A stretch of 14,302 bases of DNA. Source: Fidelibacterota bacterium. Its GTDB lineage: Bacteria; Fidelibacterota; Marinisomatia; Marinisomatales; UBA2128. The notes below the pieces were generated by a model. That model made no database searches. It worked only from the letters and a program-made list of their open reading frames with translations, and was not told the DNA's origin. The stretch spans positions 1 through 14,302 of the forward strand of contig JBHHUM010000054.1 in assembly GCA_046861645.1 (NCBI GenBank), given 5' to 3'. The position numbers were made by a program, and so were the translations under genes. Positions 1 to 7,751 of the stretch are shown in pieces. Numbering within the stretch: position 1 is the first letter of the stretch; every line of letters starts with the position of its first letter.

Positions 1-1104
1 CTTGAGAGCATCCCAGGAAAACACAGAAAATCCAGCAAAATCCCGAGTAGACAAAATCTTAAGTTTCTCTGCTGCAGCCTCTGGAGATTGATTATAAATC
101 GCTACACCAATAATTATGCTACGATTGTACTTTCCTTGAACAGTCCGTTCAATACTTTGCAGATTGCTTTGAAAATCATCCATCTCCGTGGCATAATTCA
201 TGGGTACTACGTAATCCACCAATCCTTCAGTAAGCCATTCATCCCATTCCTGAAAATAGCGATATTTTGCGACAGAAGGATCAGGTTTTACGGCTACGGA
301 TAATAGACAATCCGGTTTCTTTTCCATGATCACTTGACTGTATTGTCTTAAAAAATCTGTGACTGATTCCCGTCGCAGGCGCTCCCACTCAGAACGCAAG
401 TAACGGATCTCTTCATTATCACCATTTTTAATATCAAATGGACGTATACTGTATGCTTCTTCAAAATGACCTTGTGCATCGGGATGGAAACCGTAATCCA
501 GGTCAGCTAAACGAACATAATCGAGATGAATACCATCCACAGGATAGTGATCGAGGATCTCCACCAATATTTTCTTGAGATGGTCTATGACTCCTTCCAC
601 TGCAGGGGAGAGAAAGCGAGGAATACCATCATTTCCGTTTCCATAATGAATATCACTACCTGTCTGATGACCTGGTTCGTCAATCCATTCTGGATGAGTT
701 CGAATCACATGATTCGAATCGCTTGGCATTTCAGGACTGGACCACACAAGAAAAGTATTCAACCAAGCATGCACCTGTAAACCTTCGGAATGACCTTTTT
801 CTATCGCATAAGCTAACGGATCAAAATCTGGATCAGACAGGTAATGTCCCCGCGGTACAATTTGGCTGGAATAATAGGCGTCACCCCGACCTCTCACCTG
901 TACGAAAAGGTGATTAAATCCATATTCCACAGCCGTCTCAATCACACGATCAATCTCCTTTTTCGATACCATCGAATACCGCACAACCCACAGGCTTTTA
1001 ATTTCTGCTGAGGGGTTTTCGCTGGCTGCAGTCCCTATGATAATGAAAAAAATGAAAAAGGCAACCCAGATGGTTGCCTTCGAAAAGTCATTGTCAGGAA
1101 TCAA
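1..1104 (-). CDS. Glycoside hydrolase-like family 10 (GHL10/DUF187, YddW/DigH-like) protein with probable N-terminal signal peptide; 3' end runs off the window
   Basis: Hand translation gives a stop-free frame from TTG 1104 to base 1 (368 codons): (M)IPDNDFSKATIWVAFFIFFIIIGTAASENPSAEIKSLWVVRYSM...GFNHLFVQVRGRGDAYYSS...FDPLAYAIEKGHSEGLQVHAWLN...HPEW...YPVDGIHLDYVR...QEWDEWLTEGLVDYVVPMNY...GFSVFSWDALK. These motifs match GHL10 as I recall it. Absent from the ORF track, probably because no stop lies in the window. The start codon is less certain than the product. Confidence 0.85.
   Translation of the reverse strand, partial: MIPDNDFSKATIWVAFFIFFIIIGTAASENPSAEIKSLWVVRYSMVSKKEIDRVIETAVEYGFNHLFVQVRGRGDAYYSSQIVPRGHYLSDPDFDPLAYAIEKGHSEGLQVHAWLNTFLVWSSPEMPSDSNHVIRTHPEWIDEPGHQTGSDIHYGNGNDGIPRFLSPAVEGVIDHLKKILVEILDHYPVDGIHLDYVRLADLDYGFHPDAQGHFEEAYSIRPFDIKNGDNEEIRYLRSEWERLRRESVTDFLRQYSQVIMEKKPDCLLSVAVKPDPSVAKYRYFQEWDEWLTEGLVDYVVPMNYATEMDDFQSNLQSIERTVQGKYNRSIIIGVAIYNQSPEAAAEKLKILSTRDFAGFSVFSWDALK
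1046..1080 (-). terminator. Probable Rho-independent terminator of the ribosomal protein operon
   Basis: Minus strand reads AAGGCAACC-ATCTG-GGTTGCCTT (perfect 9-bp stem, 1080-1058, 5-nt loop) followed by TTTCATTTTTTT, starting 27 nt after the rplQ stop. Confidence 0.75.
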
Positions 1105-1107
1105 ACT

Positions 1108-1593
1108 TTAAGATTTCTCCTCTTCAATCTCTGTTTTAGGAGTAGTACTATCTTTCCCAGCAAAAATTTTCCTCTTTGCTTCTTTCCCACTCTTCTTAGC
1201 CTGTTTCTTATCATCGTGCTTTTTGGACAAGTCCTGCACATAATCCACAAATTCTAATAGCGAAACCGAAGCACAGTCATTATCCCTCACACCGAGTTTG
1301 ATGATACGAGTATAGCCACCATTTCGATCGGCATACTTAGGAGCGATTTCATCAAATAAGATTTTTACCTTGTCAGGTTGAGGAATTTTCCTCAATACTT
1401 GCCGACGATCATGAAGAGTACCTCTTTTAGCTTTAGTCACTAAGGGTTCGATGAAACGCCGCGTTTCCTTAGCTTTGGCATCTGTAGTTTTAATACGTTT
1501 GTGCTCGATTAAGGCAATAGCAAGATTAGCTAGAGTCGCTTTACGATGACTTGCAGTTCTACCCAATTTTCTACCTCTCTTTTGATGCCGCAT
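1108..1593 (-). CDS. rplQ: 50S ribosomal protein L17 with ~44-aa charged C-terminal tail
   Basis: MRHQKRGRKLGRTASHRKA, IKTTDAKAKE, RNGGYTRIIKLG motifs; follows rpoA. Confidence 0.98.
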   Translation of the reverse strand: MRHQKRGRKLGRTASHRKATLANLAIALIEHKRIKTTDAKAKETRRFIEPLVTKAKRGTLHDRRQVLRKIPQPDKVKILFDEIAPKYADRNGGYTRIIKLGVRDNDCASVSLLEFVDYVQDLSKKHDDKKQAKKSGKEAKRKIFAGKDSTTPKTEIEEEKS

Positions 1594-1605
1594 AGTTTCC
1601 TTCTC

Positions 1606-2577
1606 TTAATTATCGGTCTCAGCCATGTATTTTTCCACATCCATACCAAACTGAAGACCCACTTCTCCTAACTTTTCTACAAGCTCGGAAAGTGATTTAC
1701 GTCCGAAGTTCTTATACTTCAACATCTCACTTTCTTCCTTGGCTACCAGTTCACCGATGGTTTCGATTCCTGCAGCTTGAAGACAATTATGACTCCTCAC
1801 GGACAATTCCATTTCATCGATACTCCGTTCCAGCAATTTGCGAACCTTAATGATTTCTTCATCATCTTCTTCGGTGACTTCAAGAACAGGTCCAGCTCCA
1901 GCGATCACAAATTGACTAAAATGATTAATTAGTATGCTGGCGGCATGATTCACCGCATCAGCTGGGTTGATTGTTCCATCAGTAGTGACCTCAAGAATGA
2001 GTTTCTCGAGACTGTCTTTTGCCGAAGACACTGGCAGAACATCATATTTAACCCTGATTACTGGATTAAAAATTGAATCGATGAAGATTGTACCAATTGG
2101 AGTATCCACACGACTATGGCTATTAGCATCAACATAACCAGTTCCTACTCCAATCTGAATTTCCATAGTAAAGTCGGTATTATCATTCAATGTAGCGATA
2201 TGATGAGTGGGATTCATAACTTTGAACTGTGGAGACACATCCAGATCCTTGGCCTTAAATTCACCCTTACCAGTAAAACTTAAATCAACCTTATCAGGAT
2301 TATTATCGTTGAGTTTGAAACGAACCTGTTTGAGATTCTGAATCATATCAGCCACATCTTCCTTTACACCCTCAATGGTACTGAACTCATGAAGGACACC
2401 ATCCAAACGAATAGCAGTAATAGCCGCACCAGGAATACTGGTCATCAGCACACGCCGGATAGAATTTCCAATAGTAATACCAAAGCCCCTCTCTAGTGGT
2501 TCTAGCGTGAACTTGCCAAATTCCCGGGTAGAGGTTTGTTCATCAATTTGAAACTTGAACTCATTCTTTTTTACCAT
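1606..2577 (-). CDS. rpoA: DNA-directed RNA polymerase subunit alpha
   Basis: EPLERGFGITIGNSIRRVL, GVLHEFSTIEGVKEDV, and alpha-CTD LSVRSHNCL...KNFGRKSL. Confidence 0.98.
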   Translation of the reverse strand: MVKKNEFKFQIDEQTSTREFGKFTLEPLERGFGITIGNSIRRVLMTSIPGAAITAIRLDGVLHEFSTIEGVKEDVADMIQNLKQVRFKLNDNNPDKVDLSFTGKGEFKAKDLDVSPQFKVMNPTHHIATLNDNTDFTMEIQIGVGTGYVDANSHSRVDTPIGTIFIDSIFNPVIRVKYDVLPVSSAKDSLEKLILEVTTDGTINPADAVNHAASILINHFSQFVIAGAGPVLEVTEEDDEEIIKVRKLLERSIDEMELSVRSHNCLQAAGIETIGELVAKEESEMLKYKNFGRKSLSELVEKLGEVGLQFGMDVEKYMAETDN

Positions 2578-2596
2578 TCTCGATTTCCCCTTGTTA

Positions 2597-3214
2597 CTAT
2601 TTTGAATAAAGTTCTACAACCAATTGTACGTTAAACATACTATCAAGATGTTCTCGTTCAGGAATCTGCTCTAATGTACCAGAAAGAGATCCCTTATCTA
2701 ACTTTAACCAGGCAATGTCCAGATCTCCCCTAATCCGTTTTACTGAATCGTGTATCACTGACAATTTCCTACTTTTCTGCCTCACTTGAATTACATCTCC
2801 AGGTTTTAAGAGATAGGAAGGTATATTCACAATTTTTTTATTCACGGTCAAATGTCTGTGAGTTACTAGTTGTCGTGCGGCAGCTCTTGTGGTAGCGAAG
2901 CCCAAACGAAAAACAACATTATCTAGTCTTCGCTCCAAAAGTTGCATTAAGTTGACACCAGTTTCACCCTTCATCTGTTCAGCTTTCTGGAAGAATCGAC
3001 GGAATTGACGTTCCAGGAGACCATAAGCATACTTCATTTTTTGTTTTTCGCGAAGTTGTAGAGCGTAGTTTGATGGTCTGCGGCGACGGCTCTGTCCATG
3101 CTGACCAGGTGGATAGTTTTTCCTCTCTAAAATTTTAGAAATTTTCTCATTACTGAAAATATTCTCTCCAAATTTTCGGGCTATTTTTGCTTTTGGGCCT
3201 ATAAAACGTGCCAT
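2597..3214 (-). CDS. rpsD: 30S ribosomal protein S4 (no Zn-binding cysteines)
   Basis: Start corrected to ATG 3214 (MARFIGPK), preceded by SD-like AAGGGAG; PPGQHG, QLREKQK, LLERRLDNVVFRLGFA, LVVELYSK. Confidence 0.97.
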   Translation of the reverse strand: MARFIGPKAKIARKFGENIFSNEKISKILERKNYPPGQHGQSRRRRPSNYALQLREKQKMKYAYGLLERQFRRFFQKAEQMKGETGVNLMQLLERRLDNVVFRLGFATTRAAARQLVTHRHLTVNKKIVNIPSYLLKPGDVIQVRQKSRKLSVIHDSVKRIRGDLDIAWLKLDKGSLSGTLEQIPEREHLDSMFNVQLVVELYSK

Positions 3215-3228
3215 ATTCCAAATCTCCC

Positions 3229-3621
3229 TTATACTCGGCGGCGCTTCGGTGGACGGCAACCGTTATGAGGAATGGGAGTCACATCAGTGATTTTTGTCAC
3301 TTCCAATCCAGCTACACCTAAAGAACGAATAGAAGGTTCACGTCCAGGTCCAGGCCCCTTGACACGCACTTCTATAGAAGTCATACCTAAATCTAGAGCT
3401 TCAGTTGCTGCCTTTTCAGCCGCCTGACCAGCAGCAAAGGGTGTGCTTTTCCTGGACCCTTTAAAGCCCGAAGAACCAGCACTGGCCCAGATAATGACGT
3501 TTCCATTCATATCAGTAAAAGTAATGATGGTATTGTTATATGTCGCCTTAATATGAGCGATACCTTCAGTAGGTATTTGCCCCCTTTTCTTTTTACGTTG
3601 CTTTGTCCCTTTTTTTGCCAT
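3229..3621 (-). CDS. rpsK: 30S ribosomal protein S11
   Basis: [40 protein letters not shown]. Confidence 0.98.
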   Translation of the reverse strand: MAKKGTKQRKKKRGQIPTEGIAHIKATYNNTIITFTDMNGNVIIWASAGSSGFKGSRKSTPFAAGQAAEKAATEALDLGMTSIEVRVKGPGPGREPSIRSLGVAGLEVTKITDVTPIPHNGCRPPKRRRV

Positions 3622-3633
3622 AATCCTGTACTT

Positions 3634-4017
3634 CTATCCTTTCTTGCCAACTGTTTTCCGTCCTAAACCGACAGTTCTCTTTCTACCTTTCCGTGTACGT
3701 GCATTCGTTTTCGTTCTCTGTCCACGCACTGGTAGACCCCTTCGATGTCGCAACCCTCGATAGCACCCGATATCCATCAAACGCTTTATGTTCATCGTCC
3801 GATCGGTCCGAAGTTCTCCCTCAATCGTTAAATTGCCTACAGCTTCTCGAATCGCTGTCACCTGATCTTCACTCAAATCGGACACTCGAATATTTCCATC
3901 TACTTTTGCCTGTGATATAATTTTTTGAGCAGTAGTATGTCCCACTCCAAATATGTAAGTGAGGGCATATTCCACTTTTTTACTTCTTGGCAAATCAACA
4001 CCCGCAATACGTGCCAT
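3634..4017 (-). CDS. rpsM: 30S ribosomal protein S13
   Basis: [38 protein letters not shown]. Confidence 0.98.
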   Translation of the reverse strand: MARIAGVDLPRSKKVEYALTYIFGVGHTTAQKIISQAKVDGNIRVSDLSEDQVTAIREAVGNLTIEGELRTDRTMNIKRLMDIGCYRGLRHRRGLPVRGQRTKTNARTRKGRKRTVGLGRKTVGKKG

Positions 4018-4019
4018 AA

Positions 4020-4133
4020 CTATCCCTGTCTTTGTTTGTGTTTTGGATTAATACAAATCACCCTTACCACTCCCTTACGACGGATGATCTTACACTTATC
4101 ACATATTTTCTTTACTGAAGATCTAACTTTCAT
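4020..4133 (-). CDS. rpmJ: 50S ribosomal protein L36, Zn-ribbon (C+) type
   Basis: Hand translation: [37 protein letters not shown] (37 aa); too short for the ORF track; canonical position before rpsM. Confidence 0.98.
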   Translation of the reverse strand: MKVRSSVKKICDKCKIIRRKGVVRVICINPKHKQRQG

Positions 4134-4138
4134 TTTCT

Positions 4139-4897
4139 TTATCCATATGCAGTTCCATTGCTTAAGATATTACCCCCTTCCTCACTCACCACTACAGTAT
4201 GTTCAAAGTGAGCGGAGGGCTTTCCATCTCTCGTACAAATTGTCCACCCATCGGGTTTTGTATAAATTTCCTTACCACCAAGATTAATCATAGGTTCGAT
4301 GGCGATACACATCCCACTCTTCAGTTTCATACCTCGTCCAGGTTCGCCATAATTAGGTATCTGAGGATCTTCATGAAGATTACGACCAATGCCATGTCCT
4401 ACCAACTCTCTCACTACGTTATAGCCCTTCTCTTCCACAAAACTTTGAATAGCGTGACCAATATCAGAAACATGGTTTCCAGTTTTCGCCTGCTCGATGC
4501 CAATATAAAGTGACTCTCTTGTAGTCTTCACCAGGTTTTTTACTTCCGGTGACACATTACCTACCAGAAAGGTGAGGGCATGGTCTCCATGGTATCCATA
4601 CTTAAAAGCGCCACAGTCGATGCTGACGATGTCACCATCTCTGAAAGGAGTTTCATCAGGAATACCGTGAACTACAGCATCGTTGATGGAAATACACAAC
4701 GTAGCAGGATAGCCCAAATATCCCTTAAACGAAGGTTGAGCGCCCCGGGAAAGAATATATTCTTCCGCAATACGATCCAATTCCCTACCACTCATACCAG
4801 GGGTAACTTTGTCTTTCAACAAATCGAGTGTTTCGGCCACGATCTGACTACTTTCTTCAATTCTTTCTACTTCCCTTTGGCTGCGAATTGCAACCAT
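4139..4897 (-). CDS. map: Methionine aminopeptidase, type I
   Basis: Start corrected to ATG 4897, 1 nt after the secY stop; metal-ligand motifs SIDCG, YHGDHA, GHGIG, AIEPM, SAHFEHT. Confidence 0.96.
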   Translation of the reverse strand: MVAIRSQREVERIEESSQIVAETLDLLKDKVTPGMSGRELDRIAEEYILSRGAQPSFKGYLGYPATLCISINDAVVHGIPDETPFRDGDIVSIDCGAFKYGYHGDHALTFLVGNVSPEVKNLVKTTRESLYIGIEQAKTGNHVSDIGHAIQSFVEEKGYNVVRELVGHGIGRNLHEDPQIPNYGEPGRGMKLKSGMCIAIEPMINLGGKEIYTKPDGWTICTRDGKPSAHFEHTVVVSEEGGNILSNGTAYG

Positions 4898-4898
4898 A

Positions 4899-6239
4899 TC
4901 AACTCCGGCGTCGACCACGAATCTTTCCTCGCTTCAGAAAACCGTCATAGTGTCTCATTAGAAGATGAGACTCTACCTGTTGAAGAGTATCTAAAGCAAC
5001 ACCAACAATGATCAATAAACTGGTACCTCCAAAGAAAGAAGCTAAACTGTAATTCACATCCATGGTTTTCATAAGCAAGAATGGAAATACAGCCACAAAA
5101 GCCAGGAAGAACGAACCTGGCAGAGTTACCCTTGTCAAGATGTTGTCAATAAATTCACTAGTTTTTTTACCTGGTCGAATACCTGGAATAAAACCCCCAT
5201 GTTTTTTCATATTATCAGCCACTTCCTGAGGATTAAAGGCGATAGCAGTGTAGAAATAGGTGAAGAAAACGATGAGAATACCAAAGACCAACCAGTAGAA
5301 CCAGTGGTTGAAAGAAAATACACGATTAATCCCCTGGAAAAAGTTACTTCCACTGAAAAAAGTAGCAACCGTAGTAGGCAAAAACATAATGGATTGAGCA
5401 AAAATAATTGGCATCACCCCCGCAGTATTCACACGCATGGGAATATGAGTCGATTGTCCTCCGTACACCTTTCGGCCTACAACACGTTTGGCATACTGTA
5501 CTGGGATTTTGCGAGTGCCTTGAGTAATTAAAACGACAAATCCGACAATTACGATCATAATACCCATTAAGACTACTTCAGTCAGAGGACCGCGGAGGTC
5601 ATTCTTAATAAGGTCTATTTCTGAAAGTATTAGCATGGGAATTCTGGCTACAATTCCAATCATAATAATCAGCGAAATTCCGTTACCAATACCTCGTTCA
5701 GTGATCTGCTCTCCCAGCCACATGATAAAAATTGTACCGGTTACTAACGATACCACAGCAATAAATCGAAACCCAGCGAAATCAGGAGGCACTACTTCCA
5801 TGAGTCGATTACCGACATTCACTGGATCCAGACTCTCTAAGAAGACTGAAATTCCATAGGCTTGTAAAGCAGAGATTAATACAGTACCATAACGAGTGAT
5901 TTGGGTAATCTTTTTCCGTCCTTCTTCCCCTTCTTTCTGAAGACGTTGAAAATAAGGTACTACAACTCCCATAAGCTGAATAATAATCGAAGCGGAGATG
6001 TAGGGCATGATACCCAGAGCAAATAGAGTAGCTTTCTGAAATGCCCCTCCCGAAAAGAGATCGTAGAGTCCAAACAAAGTATTACTGTACTGCTTGAAGG
6101 CTTCCGAGATAGCATCAACATTAACTCCCGGAATGGGTACATGAGCACCCAGCCGGACTATGATCAACAGTCCCAGGGTAAAGCCTATCCGTTTCCGTAG
6201 CTCAGGAATACTCATAATATTTTTAAACTTCTCTAACAT
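4899..6239 (-). CDS. secY: Preprotein translocase subunit SecY
   Basis: ALGIMPYISASIIIQL, WLGEQITERGIGNGISLII, GVMPIIFA, FIPGIRPGK, GGTSLLIIVGV; multiple hydrophobic segments. Confidence 0.99.
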   Translation of the reverse strand: MLEKFKNIMSIPELRKRIGFTLGLLIIVRLGAHVPIPGVNVDAISEAFKQYSNTLFGLYDLFSGGAFQKATLFALGIMPYISASIIIQLMGVVVPYFQRLQKEGEEGRKKITQITRYGTVLISALQAYGISVFLESLDPVNVGNRLMEVVPPDFAGFRFIAVVSLVTGTIFIMWLGEQITERGIGNGISLIIMIGIVARIPMLILSEIDLIKNDLRGPLTEVVLMGIMIVIVGFVVLITQGTRKIPVQYAKRVVGRKVYGGQSTHIPMRVNTAGVMPIIFAQSIMFLPTTVATFFSGSNFFQGINRVFSFNHWFYWLVFGILIVFFTYFYTAIAFNPQEVADNMKKHGGFIPGIRPGKKTSEFIDNILTRVTLPGSFFLAFVAVFPFLLMKTMDVNYSLASFFGGTSLLIIVGVALDTLQQVESHLLMRHYDGFLKRGKIRGRRRS

Positions 6240-6679
6240 TATATTACGATTGCCTGTCCGCCAGCTTTCTCTATTTTTTCTTTGGCTGTTGCAGAAAAGG
6301 AGTGTGCGGAAACTTTTATCTTATTTTTGATATCACCATTTCCTAATACTTTCACCGGCACACCATTTGTTCTAATCAATCCTTTCTGGGCCATTAGTTC
6401 GACGTTGATATCTTTTTCACTTAACTCAGCTAGACGTCCAATATTAACGACCTGAAAAACTTTCTTGAAGCGAGCATTACTGAAGCCACGTTTAGGAACT
6501 CGTCGCTGGAGAGGCATCTGTCCACCTTCAAACCATGGTCGTCTTTTACTACCAGATCGGGAATGGTAGCCTTTGTTTCCCCGTCCTGATGTTTTTCCCG
6601 TTCCGGAGGCAGGACCCCGACCTATTCGTTTGCGATCCTTTCTGGCACCTGCTCCTGGTTTCAGATTACCCAATTTCAT
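6239..6679 (-). CDS. rplO: 50S ribosomal protein L15
   Basis: RIGRGPASGTGKTSGRGNKG, FEGGQMPLQRRVPKRGF. Confidence 0.98.
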   Translation of the reverse strand: MKLGNLKPGAGARKDRKRIGRGPASGTGKTSGRGNKGYHSRSGSKRRPWFEGGQMPLQRRVPKRGFSNARFKKVFQVVNIGRLAELSEKDINVELMAQKGLIRTNGVPVKVLGNGDIKNKIKVSAHSFSATAKEKIEKAGGQAIVI

Positions 6680-6870
6680 GACTGCTCCACGTTAAGAAGA
6701 AACTGAACAGCATTTATCATCCCACGAATTTGAGGGGTATCTGCGTGAGTGACTGTCTGATTCAACCGTTTCAAACCCAGGGCGGCCACAGTTCGCTTTG
6801 TTTTTTTATTGTGACCAATGGTACTCCTAACCTGAGTAATCAATAATGTTTTAGTTTTCTTTTTCGCCAT
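6676..6870 (-). CDS. rpmD: 50S ribosomal protein L30
   Basis: ITQVRSTIG...TVAALGLKRLNQTV...TPQIRGMI; lies between rpsE and rplO. Confidence 0.96.
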   Translation of the reverse strand: MAKKKTKTLLITQVRSTIGHNKKTKRTVAALGLKRLNQTVTHADTPQIRGMINAVQFLLNVEQS

Positions 6871-6873
6871 GAT

Positions 6874-7377
6874 TTACTTAAAAACCTGTCTTAAAGTGAT
6901 ACCTCGTCTATTAGCAATGGAAACAGGATCCTGCAACTTTTGCAGGGCAACTTCCGTAGCTCGAACAACATTATTTGCATTTGAGGAACCGAATCGTTTC
7001 GTTAAAATGTTAGTTATCCCCGCTTGCTCTACCAGAGCCCTCACTGCTTCCCCAGCAATGACGCCGGTACCCGGTGCAGCTGGCTTAAGCATGACTCGAC
7101 AAGCTCCAAATTTACCAATAACTTTATGTGGAATAGTCCCTTTAATTATAGGAACACGGAACAAATTCTTTTTTGCATCTTCCTTGGCCTTGGTGATAGC
7201 AGCAATCACCTCATTTGCCTTACCATGACCTAAGCCTACATGACCATTGCCATCCCCAACCGAAACCAGAGCGTTAAATCTAAACCTGCGTCCTCCGGCT
7301 ACCACCTTTGCCACTCTGTTGACACGAACGACAGTCTCTTCTTTAAGATCTAATTCAGTCGGATCGATGTGACTCAA
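6874..7377 (-). CDS. rpsE: 30S ribosomal protein S5
   Basis: [36 protein letters not shown] start overlapping the rplR TGA stop. Confidence 0.97.
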   Translation of the reverse strand: MSHIDPTELDLKEETVVRVNRVAKVVAGGRRFRFNALVSVGDGNGHVGLGHGKANEVIAAITKAKEDAKKNLFRVPIIKGTIPHKVIGKFGACRVMLKPAAPGTGVIAGEAVRALVEQAGITNILTKRFGSSNANNVVRATEVALQKLQDPVSIANRRGITLRQVFK

Positions 7378-7742
7378 AATTCCAGCCCTCCTTCACGTGC
7401 ACCATCAGCCAATGCTTTTACTCGACCATGGTAAAGAAATCCATTTCTATCAAAAATTACCTGTTTGATCTTCTTCTTTTTAGCCCTCTCAGCAAGGATT
7501 AATCCAATTTTGCTGCTTTGGTTAATTTTAGATTTTTCATTCTTTAATATGGCTTTCGCAGAAACCTCTGTCGTAGAAGCAGAGACAAGAACATCTCCTT
7601 TACTATCGTCGATTATTTGAGCATAGATATGCTTCAAGCTGCGATAAACAACCAGGCGGGGACGGTTACTATTCGCAAATAGATTCTTACTCCTGCGTCG
7701 CCGTCTAGTTCTTCTAATAGATTTTAATTGCTGTTCTTTCAT
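7374..7742 (-). CDS. rplR: 50S ribosomal protein L18
   Basis: [46 protein letters not shown]. Confidence 0.98.
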   Translation of the reverse strand: MKEQQLKSIRRTRRRRRSKNLFANSNRPRLVVYRSLKHIYAQIIDDSKGDVLVSASTTEVSAKAILKNEKSKINQSSKIGLILAERAKKKKIKQVIFDRNGFLYHGRVKALADGAREGGLEF

Positions 7743-7751
7743 TACTCTGCT

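Noticed and set aside
699..718. Inverted repeat TTCGAATCA-CA-TGATTCGAA
   Set aside because: It is inside the hydrolase CDS, has a 2-nt loop and no U-tract, and occurs once; no support for a function.
88..917. Plus-strand ORFs 88-303, 526-780 and 723-917
   Set aside because: They lie antisense to the motif-rich GHL10 gene and have no recognisable features.
1035..1091. Minus-strand mini-ORF from ATG 1091 (MTFRRQPSGLPFSFFSLS*) spanning the terminator, as a possible leader peptide or frameshifted hydrolase start
   Set aside because: No SD nearby and no diagnostic codon run; the TTG frame already gives an uninterrupted signal peptide. Not fully excluded.
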